Positions 1-11,235 of a stretch of DNA of 64,000 nucleotides are shown here, piece by piece. Origin of the DNA: Macrostomum lignano (lineage: Eukaryota); contig NIVC01001925.1 of NCBI GenBank assembly GCA_002269645.1, positions 62,001-126,000 on the forward strand. Direction: 5' to 3'. The position numbers and the translations under genes are program-made. How positions within the stretch are numbered: position 1 is the first letter of the stretch; each line of letters begins with the position of its first letter. The notes beneath the pieces are model-generated. The model saw only the letters and a program-made list of their open reading frames with translations. It ran no database searches and was not told the DNA's origin.

Positions 1-660
1 GAAGCGTCATGTAAAAAATCATAGAAGCGTCATGTAAACAATCATAGAAGCGTCATGTAAAAAATCGTAGAAGCGTCATATAAAAATCATAGAAGCGTCA
101 TGTAAAAAATTATAGAAGCGTCTTGTAAACAATCATAGAAGCGTCATGTAAAAATCATAGAAGCGACATGAAAAAATCATAGAAGCGTCATGCAAAAAAT
201 CATAGAAGCGTCTTGTAGCAATCATAGAAGCGTCATGTAAAAATCATAGAAGCGTCATGTAAACAATCATAAAAGCGTCATGAAAAAATCATAGAAGCGT
301 CATGCAAACAATCATAGAAGCGTCATGTAAACAATCATAGAAGTGTCATGTAAAAATCATAGAAGCGTCATGTAAACAATCATAGAAGCGTCATGTAAAC
401 AATCATAGAATCGTCATGTAAAAATCATAGAAGCGTCATGCAAACAATTATAGAAGCGTCATGTAAAAATCATAAAAGCGTCATGCAAACAATCATAGAA
501 GCGTCATGTAAACAATCATAGAAGCGTCATCAAAAGATCATAGAAGCCTCATATAAAAACTAATGGAAGTGTCATTTGAGAAATCATAGAAGCGTCATGG
601 AAGAATAAAAGAAGCGTCATGTCAGACATGAAAGAAGTGTCATGTAAAAATTAAAAGAAG
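1..660. repeat. Minisatellite, 23-25 bp unit ATCATAGAAGCGTCATGTAAA(C)A; runs off the window start
   Basis: Direct tandem copies, degenerating after about 530. Confidence 0.95.
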
Positions 661-665
661 CTATT

Positions 666-1735
666 GTGCTGTGCTGGGGAGAATTACTAAGATGTCAAGG
701 CTCACGGAGAATAACTGAGATTTTGGGGAGGCGGTTTCTGAGATGCCAGAGAAGCAAAGTAGCAAACGTCAGAAGCTACTTCAAAGTACATGTAGTTTAC
801 TTAATTTTTTATTACATTCTTTGTTGGCTCGCTACGGGGGAGGGGCGCTGATAGAAGAAGAGTCATGTAAAAAAGAAAAGAAGCACTATGTATACATAAA
901 AGAAGAGTCATTATGTCAAAGTTAAAAGATTCATTTGGGAATTGCTACGATGCCAAGGCTTGGAGGGAATCGCTATGGTGCTGTGATTCTTAAATAAGGA
1001 ATCACTAAAATGTCAAGGCTTAGGGGAGAAGAATTGCTGAGATTTAAGGCTTTAGGTTGGGTTAAAGTTAGGTTTAGGTCAGGTTTGGGTTGATGGTTAG
1101 ATTTTAGCGGGTTTCAAGATTAACAGGGGATTTTTCAGATATCAAGGTTTATGGGGGGCATCGCTAACATGACAAGGCTTACGGGGGAATAGCTGAGATG
1201 TCAAGGCTCACGGGGGAATAACCGAGATGTCAAGGCTAAATTCACAAGCTACATGTAGATGATGTAGTTTATTGAAAAATGTTTTCATTATTTATTGGCT
1301 CTTCACGGGAAGGATCGCTGATAGATAAAGTGTAATGTAAAAAATAAAAGAAGCTTCATGTCGAAGTTAAGAGATTCATTTGGGAATCCCTACGATGTCG
1401 AGGCTTGCAGGGAATCGCTATAATGCTGTAGTGCTATAATGACTCTCGGAGAGAATTACTGAAATGTCAATGCTTTAGGGTTAGGGTTAGGGTTAGGGTT
1501 AGGGTTAGGTTTAGAAGGTTAACAGATTTTTTAAGATTTCAAGGCTTATGGGGGGAATTGCTAAGATGTCAAGGGGGAGTTGATATGCTAAGGCTTGTGG
1601 GGGGGGGAGGAATTGCTGGCATGTCAAGGCTTACAAGGGTTTGCTGAGGTATAATGCAAAGAGACGCTTATATGTAGTTTATTAAAAAACTTGTGCTGTA
1701 TTTTTTGGCTCCCCAACGGGGGGCGCTGATTGCTA
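666..1735. repeat. Degenerate composite repeat (about 30 bp GGGGAATTGCTGAGATGTCAAGGCTT subunits within longer degenerate blocks) containing telomere-type repeats
   Basis: Repeated GATGTCAAGGCT motifs; blocks at about 780, 1240 and 1660 resemble each other; (TTAGGG)5 at 1475-1504. Confidence 0.75.
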
Positions 1736-2032
1736 GTCATTTTTCTAAAATTCAAAATTACCTAGCCTAAAATTTTAATATAGGTTATTTATCTACCAAT
1801 ATCTTAGCTTGTACTAGGTCTGCAGAATTTCATTTTAAGGTCATGCATAAGAGTGCTAAGTATTGATCTTCTTTAATAAACAACAACCCTTTTGTAACTC
1901 TATAGGCCACAAAATGCCAAATAAGTAAGAACTACTTCTTGTTAAATTAATATGCACTAATGTTTTGAGGTTTATTTTGAGCAGATTTATCCATTCATTT
2001 ATGAGAGTTTTCATCAAACACAATAAACAATA

Positions 2033-2125
2033 ATGGACTATAATGTTCTTAAAGAGAGAATTGCTGAAATGGAAAAGAAAGTTTTTGGTGCCAATCCGCC
2101 TACATTGGTTAAGGAGGCTGAGTCT
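2033..2125 (+). CDS. DCTN3: Dynactin subunit 3 (p22/p24), exon 1
   Basis: ATG 2033, MDYNVLKERIAEMEKKVFG resembles the DCTN3 N-terminus (LQARVEELERWVYG); donor GTAAGT at 2126, phase 0. Confidence 0.85.
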
Positions 2126-2159
2126 GTAAGTTCATTCCTTCAGTTCAGCAAACTGCTCT

Positions 2160-2420
2160 TGTAAACTGACTATCAGTTGGTAAAGTACAACTCCCCCGTG
2201 AACTATCTATACAGCTGTTAAAGTCCAAAGCCCCGTGAACTGACTATCAGTTGGCAAAGTACAGTACCCCCGGGAACTATCTATACAGCTGTTAAAGTCC
2301 AAAGCCCCGTGAACTGACTATCAGTTGGTAAAGTACAAAGCCCCCATGAACTATCTAAACAGCTCTTAAAGTACAAAGCCCCCATGAACTATCTAAACAG
2401 CTCTTAAAGTACAAAGCCCC
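2160..2420. repeat. Intronic tandem repeat (about 35 bp alternating units, GTGAACTGACTATCAGTTGGTAAAGTAC...)
   Basis: Direct copies in DCTN3 intron 1. Confidence 0.85.
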
Positions 2421-2442
2421 GTCCTCTTCCTCGCCTTCCCAG

Positions 2443-2820
2443 TGCGCCGAAACGCTGCAGACGGTGAACAAGAAATACGAAGCCAGCACGGCTAAACGAG
2501 ACAAAGTTCAGCGAATTCTGGCCAGATTCAACGAGATTGATAAGTACATGGACAGCCGGTTCTGCGAAGAGACGGCTCTGTCGACCGAGGCCAAGATTCG
2601 AGTCATCCTGAGCGAGGAGCAGCAGATCCGGGAGACCGCAGCCGCTCTGGAGAGAATCTCCGAGCTGAAGTCTGTACTCGACAGCGAGCACCTTCGAGCT
2701 GCCGATCAGAAACTGTTGGAGCGCTTTGCCGAGCTGCGTCAGAAGCAGTTGGAGCAGACTGAGGATGCCCAGAAATTGGAGCAGCAGACCTACGAACTGC
2801 TAAATGTGTATTTCAGCTTT
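2443..2820 (+). CDS. DCTN3: Dynactin subunit 3, exon 2
   Basis: Acceptor CCTTCCCAG at 2442; KIRVILSEEQQI and VLDSEHLRA match DCTN3 (KLQFILAEEQFI, MLDSAHIKA); donor GTAAGT at 2821. Confidence 0.9.
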
Positions 2821-2852
2821 GTAAGTCACCTTTTTTATGACGTTTATTCCAA

Positions 2853-4560
2853 GGCTGCTCCGATTGAAACCTTTTCAACCCATTTTGTCAGTGAGAACTG
2901 GTTTTTTCTAGGGCAGCCAGATTAAATATGCAGTCTGCTCATAGTGCTCGGTTGAGTCTGTACCAAGTGTATTAGTGATCAGCTGAGTCTCCAGGGTTTG
3001 ACACAGTTTCTCAATATGTATGATGCTGGTTGAGATTCAAAATCCATCAAATATAAGAGTGAGATATCAATAAGGGTGAGGGCACAAAATCCACCAATCT
3101 ATGTGTGAGATTCAAAATCCACCAGTCTATGGGTGAGATTCAAAATCCATCAATCCATGTGTGAGATTCAAAATCCATCAATCCATGTGTGAGATTCAAA
3201 ATCCACCAATCTATGTGTGAGATTCAAAATCCATCAATCTATGGGTGAGATTCAAAATCCACCAATCTATTGTGAGATTCAAAATCCACCAATCTATGAG
3301 TGAGATTCAAAATCCACCAATCTATGAGTGAGATTCAAAATCCACCAGTCTATATGTGAGATTCAAAATCCATCAGTCTATGGGTGAGATTCAAAATCTG
3401 TCAAGTAAAAACCGCCGACATTCCTGCTGCTCCGATTGAAACCTTTTCAACCCATTTGGTCAGTGGGAACTGGTTTTTTCTAGGGCAGCCAGATTAAATA
3501 TGCAGTCTGCTCATAGTGCTCAGTTGAGTCTGTACCAAGTGTATTAGTGACCAGCTGAGTCTCCAGGGTTTGACACAGTTTCTCAATATGTATGATGCTG
3601 ACTGCGATTTAAAATCCATCAGTCTACGGGTGAGATTCAAAATCCATCAATCTATGGGTGAGATTCAAAATCCACCAGTCTATGGGTGAGATTCAAAATC
3701 CATCAATCTATGTGTGAGATTCAAAATCCACCAATCCATGTGTGAGATTCAAAATCCACCAATCTATGTGTGAGATTCAAAATCCACCAGTCTATGGGTG
3801 AGATTCAAAATCCATCAATCTATGGGTGAGATTCAAAATCCACCAATCTATGGGTGAGATTCAAAATCCACCAGTCTATGGGTGAGATTCAAAATCCATC
3901 AATCTATGGGTGAGATTCAAAATCCACCAATCTATGTGTGAGATTTAAAATCCATCGGTCCATGGGTGAGATTTAAAATCCACCAATCTATGTGTGAGAT
4001 TCAAAATCCATCAGTATTCATAAGGATGAGATTTAAAATCCACCAATCTATGTGTGAGATTCAAAATCCATCAGTATTCATAAGGATGAGATTTAAAATC
4101 CACCAATCTATGTGTGAGATTCAAAATCCGCCAATCCATGGGTAAGATTCAAAATCCACGAATCTATGTGAGATTCAAAATCCACCAGTCTATGGGTGAG
4201 ATTCAAAATCCACTAATCCATGGGTAACATTCAAAATCCACCAATCTATGTGTGAGATTCAAAATCCACCAGTCTATATGTGAGATTCAAAATCCATCAG
4301 TCTATGGGTGAGATTCAAAATCCATCAGTCTATGGGTGAGATTCAAAATCCATCAGTCTATGGGTGAGATTCAAAATCTGTCAAGTAAAAACCGCCGACA
4401 TTCCTGCTGCTCCGATTGAAACCTTTTCAACCCATTTTGTCAGTGGGAACTGGTTTTTTCTAGGGCAGCCATATTAAATATGCAGTCTGCTCATAGTGCT
4501 CGGTTGAGTCTGTACCAAGTGTATTAGTGACCAGCTGAGTCTCCAGGGTTTGACACAATT
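2853..4560. repeat. Nested repeat: three copies of a ~170 bp unit interleaved with 28 bp minisatellite arrays (GTGAGATTCAAAATCCACCAATCTATGT)
   Basis: Long unit at about 2853, 3423 and 4403; arrays at about 3030-3400 and 3600-4380. Confidence 0.92.
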
Positions 4561-4681
4561 TTAAAATATATACTTTTTCAATTGTTTTTCTATCCATAAA
4601 GTTTCTTTTGTACGCATATATTGCTACTAACGAGTAGAGCTGTTGAAATATATGGCCGTAATTTTCTCGCCTTTTTTCCAG

Positions 4682-4747
4682 ATGGACCTCGTTTCCAAAC
4701 AGTTTATCGCTTGGAATAAGAAGGTTCGCGCTGCAGAGGGTAAATAA
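4682..4747 (+). CDS. DCTN3: Dynactin subunit 3, exon 3 (terminal)
   Basis: Acceptor CTTTTTTCCAG at 4681; MDLVSKQFIAWNKKVRAAEGK* matches DCTN3 LLSKQFVQWD; spliced product 178 aa. Confidence 0.88.
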   Translation: MDLVSKQFIAWNKKVRAAEGK

Positions 4748-4849
4748 TTGACGGATTGAGCGATGCAAGTTGGCATCACGTCTCGTTTCGTTGGTTCGAG
4801 TCAAGTTCCGGCCTCGCGTGTCTGGATTAGAATTCAGGAATCAGAACTC

Positions 4850-5050
4850 AGTGATATTTGGGATCTGGAAGTGGGATTAGAATAGCGATATTTGGGATCT
4901 GGAAGTGGGATTAGAATAGCGATTCAGTGATATTTGGGATCTGGAAGTGGGATTGGAATAGCGATTCAGTGATATTTGGGATCTGGAAGTGGGATTAGAA
5001 TTAGAATTCAGTGGTATTTGGATCTTAAAGGATATCAGGGATCTGAAAGT
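4850..5050. repeat. ~42 bp tandem repeat GATATTTGGGATCTGGAAGTGGGATTAGAATAGCGATTCAGT
   Basis: 4-5 degenerate copies downstream of the DCTN3 stop. Confidence 0.85.
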
Positions 5051-5977
5051 GGATTTAGGATCTAAGAGTGGGGGATGAAGGTTCTGAAAGTGAGGTATTA
5101 CTGAAGATATGGAACTCTGGAACAGTGAGATTAGAAACGGGTGTGGGGTAGGAAACACAGAGTGTATGCGATCTGTATTCGTGATCTTCCGAGCTAAAAT
5201 AATAGACATTGATGCAGTTCGAACACTTGCAATATAAATATATATTTAAATAATTAAGGTTCTCTATATAATAATTTCTTTGTTGATGTATCTTCATGTT
5301 CTGCTATCTCACAAATGTGTTGCATTGTCCTATATGGTACCAAGGTGTTGGCTATTGCAGCACCTATTTAACATACGATTGGTGTTGCTTATATATTGTT
5401 ACTATTTTCCACAGTTTCCCCAGACAGTCTGTCACCGTTTTTGTCTCCAGTTTCTGTTGGCTAAATTGTGATTGGTCAAGTTTGATAACATTGTACATAA
5501 TGCTAGATATTTTCTTTTGGTAATAGCCTTAATTATATTATTGCTTCTTGCAAGCTTGTTATAAATTTATGAATCGCATATTTAAACTTTATTCTCCTTG
5601 TGTGCAGGCTACTCTTATGTTTATTACAGAAGACAATAAAATTGGATTTCTTTTTGAATTATTTTTTTCAATTATTATGAATGGAGCTCAGAGGAAGCAC
5701 GAGATTTTTCTGCGGTAAGGTTCCCGCAGCACTACCGTGGCTTTGCGCGTGGGTTGACACCGACCGGAGAGGTTGCTCAACGCTCAGCAACAGCAACGGC
5801 TGGGCAAGCTGATTGTCCACCTCGTCGCTGTCGGCTGTTGGTTCCCGACGTTTGCAAAGATCTGCGGGGTGTTGCCAACAGCCTTGCCTGGGCTGCCACT
5901 CGGTCTGTGAGGGCAGTCCCGAAATCCCACTGAAATGATGTGGGCGCCTCGGTTTTCTTGGCCTCGCCACATGTTTG

Positions 5978-6142
5978 GGCGCAATCTAGGGATTCACCCG
6001 GCCGTTTCTATTGGCAACACACACATGTAAGTCGCTATTGAACAGAATAGTAGTCACGTGACTGCTCTCAGCCATGATAGCGACTTACATGTGTGTGTTG
6101 CCAATAGAAACGATCGATGATTCCCAATGTTGCGCATGTATG
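5978..6142. mobile_element. Foldback (palindromic) derivative of the CATACATGCGCAAC MITE family
   Basis: Perfect 36 bp inverted repeat 6003-6038 / 6077-6112; intact family terminus GTTGCGCATGTATG at 6129-6142; GCGACTTAC motif shared with the family. Confidence 0.7.
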
Positions 6143-6164
6143 CCTCTCCATCCTGTCATGAACT

Positions 6165-6950
6165 ATTGCAGGTGCTCAGCGCCAAATCAACAGGTTGGTC
6201 GAAATAGCTTCCAGCGTCTGCCTTGTTAGGCTTACTGTATGACCGAAGTACTCACCTTGCCGGCTGACATCCCAGCAAAACTGACATGCCGCGGCGCCGA
6301 CAGGCAGTAGAAAATGCTCTCAACTGATCACCTATCTCGGTGATCTGGTGACCCACAAAGAACATCTGAAGGCGCAAAGGACTTGCTTGGGTGGCCTCGC
6401 CTGTACCAATCCATTATAAGGGCCGTCTTTCAGTCCGAAGTGCCTCCCGACGCCAGAAGGCTTGGCTTCGGCATGCGGTGGTCGAGACCGTCCTGCTCTA
6501 CAGCACTGAGATGTGGACACTAACACCGTGCGCTCTTTCGAGTTCACGAGAGCGTCGGGACTGAAGCCGAGTACCAGAGAGCCCAGCTGCAACGCCCGTC
6601 CACAACCGGGGCCAGGCCCGAACCCATCGATACGTGGACTGCTGTGCAACGCTGGGGCACTCTCAATGCCGCTGGCAGGGCGGACTTTGCTCTGTCGCGC
6701 TGCGGAGCGCCAGTTGACGCCCTCTGACCGCTTGGACCTTACCAAGTTGCGTCTTGTGGTAGTTCCTGCTGCGCGCCGTCTTCCAAGATCGGCGACGAGT
6801 GAGTTTCCAATGCGGCACAGCCGATACTATATCGTCGCGCCGGCCTGGTACGTCCAAGCAACCTGTTGTTGCGCTGTTGGCGACTCCAGCTGGCAAGCCA
6901 CATCATTTGCGCCGAGTCGTACTGCCCACAGCCTTGTGTCATTCCATGCA
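6165..6950 (+). mobile_element. Decayed non-LTR retrotransposon (LINE) fragment, RT C-terminal region
   Basis: Frameshifted motifs ITYLG (6327), AVVETVLLYSTEMWTLT (6475-6525) and RLQLASHIICAESYCPQP (6881), typical of the region after the LINE RT core. Confidence 0.7.
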
Positions 6951-6959
6951 GACCCTTTT

Positions 6960-7400
6960 GAGAGCAAGTTCTGTTGGTCGCCTCTGAAATTTCCTTCAGA
7001 GCCATGCACCAGCTGCTGAATGACTCGTCTAGCTGTTGGTTTCGCATCCAAAATTCTCGACGCTTAAAAGACTCATTTCTTTCTGCAGAGATGAATTTTC
7101 CAGTGCGTTCAGGTTGCTGTCGGGATCCTTGGTTTCTGCTTTCAAGTCGGGAAGATTCTCCACGACTTAGGTGTCTCCAGACTGAGTGCTGTTTGCAGAG
7201 CGCATAGGCGCAGACGCTTCTGGGAGCCGCCTGGTAGATCTACGAGTATCAGGCCTGATATTGCTTCAAAGCTATTCCACATCTGGATCCACTGCAGGAA
7301 TACTAGTAGATGTCGTTGAGACTCCAAGTCAAACTTTGGCACACCTTTGGTGTGGAGCTTTGGTGCATCTGTGACATTCACTGCCTCTCGTTCCGCTGGC
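6960..7400 (-). mobile_element. Decayed LTR retrotransposon gag-like fragment (Ty3/Gypsy type)
   Basis: VPKFDLESQRHLLVFLQWIQMWNSFEAISGL and RREFWMRNQQLDESFSSWCMALKEI resemble Gypsy gag motifs; contains stops and frameshifts. Confidence 0.5.
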
Positions 7401-8134
7401 GATGCAAATTTTGGTCTGCTGCGTTGCGACAACTTTTGCAATGCGTCAAGTTTCCAAACCAGTAGAGTAGACAAATCCATGTGTTCTTGTACGATCGATG
7501 TACAATACATGTACACTAGTGCGAGCAGATTTTGCAGCGCATCTCTGCTATGTTTACCCAAGCACTGCTGCATCTACCATGCAAGTGTGTCTAATTGTAG
7601 CCAAACTGTCATGGAATAATTTATCGCCTAAACAAGATTTCCTATCTATGAGAGTGTTAATACCACGCCACTCCCATGCAGTGCCGACCGGTTCCAGCTG
7701 CATCTTCTGATGCTGATATATTAAATGCAATATTTTAGCTACAACTTAGTTATACGAGTATAACATTGAGAAAATAGTCACCGAAGTAGCAACTTCAAAC
7801 TTTCCGACGTATAAATTAGCGATAGACGGCTAGACTCGTGGCTGCTTAAGTTACTCTTGTACTGTGCTGTGCAGCATGCGTCACATGGCTCAGCCTACAA
7901 AGCGGCGAATTTCCAATGGCAAACATTGGATTGGATCATTGGTGAGCAGTCAATATATTGTATGATTCTTGTTTACCAGTTTGTAATGCTGATGCGTTCC
8001 AATACGAGATGCGTAATGCTGGATAAGAATGCCAGCAAGCATGTAAGAATAGTGGAGGCAGTTAGGAAAATGCCCCCAAACGCATTTCAATGCTTCGAAC
8101 TTTGATCTGAGTTAATTAGTTCTACTGAGTGAGT

Positions 8135-8330
8135 GCATCCTCACACTCTCAGTTGCATCCCCACTCTATCCGTTGCACCCTCGCTCTCTCGATTGCAGCC
8201 TCTCTCTCTTGCAGTTGCAGCCTCACTCTCAGTTGCATTCTCAGACTCTCAGTTGCAGCCTCAGACTCTCAGTTGCATCCTCACACTCAGTTGCAGCCTC
8301 GCCCTCTCTGCTGTCCCAGTCTCAGTCTAC
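8135..8330. repeat. Degenerate short tandem repeat (CTCTCAGTTGCAGCCTCAGA-like)
   Basis: Direct degenerate copies. Confidence 0.75.
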
Positions 8331-8933
8331 AAATAAACCACTTTAGACTGTAGATGCTATATAAAAAATGCTTACCCACAGAGTGGTAGAGAGTCATGGA
8401 AATCCCCCACCCAGTGTTTTTTTCTACTCCCGGCTGAATGCGAGCGTAACTCACCTTTATTCTTGCTCAAGTTTTATTGTTTAAGTTCACGCCTCCCCCC
8501 CCTCTCTCTCTCTCTACTGGGCTGCCCTCTTCTCAGACTGAGAATTTCTGGCTCTATTACACAGCTTGTTTTAGTTTTTACTGACCTTTTTAACCCATAC
8601 CCACACTAAGAATTCGGGGAGGGACCTGTGACTCTGCAGTATATTGATAAAAAAATGAAGACTTAAGTGTAGTATACTAGTAACTCGTATTCTGAAAAAT
8701 AGCGTTTTGTAGAAAAAACCCTTGCTATTCGACCCAATATCAAGCCTTCTTGAGATGAGCAGACCTAAACATACAATGCTAACTTAGCTCAATATTCCAA
8801 GAAACCTGAAGACACTGTTACCAGTAACAGTAGTAAAAGCGTTGTGTAGCAATGAGTAATAAAGTAAAATGTTGTAAATACTTCGAAGCATTTAGCTCGA
8901 ATTAGAACGCCAATGATTAGCATGCTAAAAAGA

Positions 8934-9149
8934 CAGTGGCGGTGCAGCACCTTTCGATTGGGGGGGGGGCGGTGGTTGGGTGGTCACCCCCTCCCCCCAA
9001 CGAATTTTTAGAATTAGTGCAGCGCATTACGCTAAAATCTCAAAAACGCATACCGAGCTCGTACTAAAAATTATGGTGGGTCACCCCAGGGAGGATGGGA
9101 GGGTGGTCATCTGGGTAGCAGCCCCTCTGCCCCGCCTGCGCCGCCACTG
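8934..9149. mobile_element. MITE with CAGTGGCGG(T/C)GCAG termini (hAT-like)
   Basis: 14 bp TIR with 1 mismatch; no clear TSD. Confidence 0.55.
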
Positions 9150-10009
9150 GGCAAACAGTGCTAACACTACTGTTATAAGGTACGGTACTCTGTTTTACTA
9201 TATCTCTATACGTATAAAGGGGTCAACTAAGTTCATTTACCCTACCCCACCAAAGCTGAAAGCTTGGTTTCTGTTATCAAATAATTGCTAAATTAGGTAG
9301 CCAGGCTTAAAAGTAATATATTGAATGGTTTGTTTGCTTTTTTGGCTTGGTTGATAGTTTGAGGCGTTTGAATGAAATGAATCAGCTTTGCTTTCATTCA
9401 GGGCCAGCAATGCGGGGGTGGAAAAAGACACTGTGTCTTTTGAAAATCCCCATTAAGTCTAACGGCCCAATGGGTTAGTTAGTCAGAGGCCAGCCATAGA
9501 GTGGAGAGAATTTGAATTTCCTAGAAAGCAAGCAAGTTACGTTTCAGCGGACCAATGGCATCGGGGGGGGGGCAGAGACGGAGAGAGAAGGGTATCTCGG
9601 GAATTTCCATCACACGCTCTCTATTTGCCTATATGTGCTCCATAAAACAGAAAAAGGAGAAGAAAGTCGTGTAAAATAGGGTGACGAATCCAACGCACAG
9701 AAATAGGGTTGCGGGAATGTACAATTGTACATATAGCCCAGTGTACGCATCTTTCAAACTCCTACAAACGGGGGGGGGAAGGGATTGTTAAAGTGGAGAG
9801 GAGAGAAAAGGCAGACTACTAAATAGCATGGTTTGTGCTGGGGAGAGTTGCCTGTATTTTATTCGGTTTCACAAGATAACAGTTTGAATTAAAATTAGGC
9901 CATAGTTTCCCCACTTTAAAAAACGAACCGACCAATAAAATTAGGCATCTAAAATCCCCAACAAAGTAAGGAAATTATTAAGCTGAAAATAGTTAAGAAA
10001 ATCAATAAA

Positions 10010-10186
10010 ATGGCAGAGAAAGATCGTAACGATGGAGACAAGCCAAGGAATGCATCTAATAGTGCCGACACTGCCGACGAGAAATTATTAAAAAATTCTC
10101 GCGGCTCTGCTGAAGAGGCAACGGACGAGAGTGATGGACCGGCCACTCCGGTGCATCCGGGGTATGTTGCTGGCGCTATTTATCAG
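10010..10186 (+). CDS. Probable first coding exon of the SLC6 transporter (hydrophilic N-terminal tail)
   Basis: ATG in AAAATGG context; 59 codons ending CAG|GTAAGC in phase 0, compatible with the phase-0 acceptor at 18053; the link across 7.9 kb is inferred. Confidence 0.5.
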
Positions 10187-10251
10187 GTAAGCATTAAAAA
10201 GCCCATTGGATTTGCATCGTATTGTCATCTCTGATTTATTTATAAAATTAC

Positions 10252-10423
10252 CAGTGGTGCAGCTACCGGGCCGGGGGGCCTGCCCCCTGAAATTCGCCCC
10301 CCAAAATTCCGGAGAAAAAATACCCCTCCCCCTGAAATTCTGGAGAAAAATCCCTCCCCCTATACCCCTCCTCCGGGTGCTGAATGGGCCCTCTTGCGAA
10401 ATAAATTCCTGGCTGCGTCACTG
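10252..10423. mobile_element. hAT-type MITE
   Basis: TIR CAGTGGTGCAGC / GCTGCGTCACTG; 8 bp flanks AAAATTAC / AAAATGAC (7/8 match, TSD). Confidence 0.7.
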
Positions 10424-10937
10424 AAAATGACGGTATAAAACAAAACATTTTCTAAACTAAACGTTAACTGTTCGTCATAGTTCGTGAGAAATATGAAAAT
10501 GCGAAGTTAAAAACACGGGCTTCGGGCTTGTAAGTAAGCTTGTTCTTTAATCTTTAACTCGCTTTAACTAGCTTTAGTCTCTGCAAAGAAGACTAATGTG
10601 GAATTTGACATTTTCAAGTTCATTTTTTTAATTTAGCTGGGAAACAAAAATTTTGCGCAGTTTACGAGCGTAATTTCTACGTAACAGCCGGTCTGGATCT
10701 GGGAGGGTGCACTTGCATCGTATAAAATATATAGGATTAATAGCTATCTGAGCTGAGTTTAGTGCAAGTGAAATAAATGGCTTGATCTGATCCTAGTGTG
10801 ACGAAATACGACCAGCGGCAGCACTCTTTCATAGTCTAGAAAATTTCCTAAGGCTAGGACTAGGAACCCTGTGATCCTACCTCCCCATGCCTGGGATACG
10901 AGACGCGCATAATACACTGTCCTGTGTTGTGCTGATA

Positions 10938-11235
10938 CATACATGCGCAACCTCCGAAATTTGGTCGGCCATGCGACTTAGTTTCAACAAAAATGCGACG
11001 TAGTTTTTGGCCAAAAATGCGACTTACATGTAAAAAAACCCATAAGCAAAATTAACGCAACTTTGGGTAAACGGCAGGAGTAACTATGACTGTCTTATTA
11101 AGCCAAAATGCCTCGTCAGCTACTTAGTACTACTACTTGGTTATTTTTTCGGGTGGGCATTTTTGCGACTTCCTTGGTTGGCCGCCAGATCGGTCGGCCG
11201 GATCGGCCGACTCGGCCGACTGTTGCGCATGTATG
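10938..11235 (+). mobile_element. MITE, CATACATGCGCAAC family, copy 1
   Basis: Perfect 14 bp TIR; TSD TGCTGATA on both sides; interior similar to the copies at 14481 and 51061. Confidence 0.88.

Noticed and set aside
1475-1504. True chromosome end
   Set aside because: Only five TTAGGG units, internal and flanked by ordinary sequence and genes.
5668-5984. GC-rich minus-strand ORFs
   Set aside because: No recognisable motif or splice context; probably a TE fragment adjacent to the foldback element.
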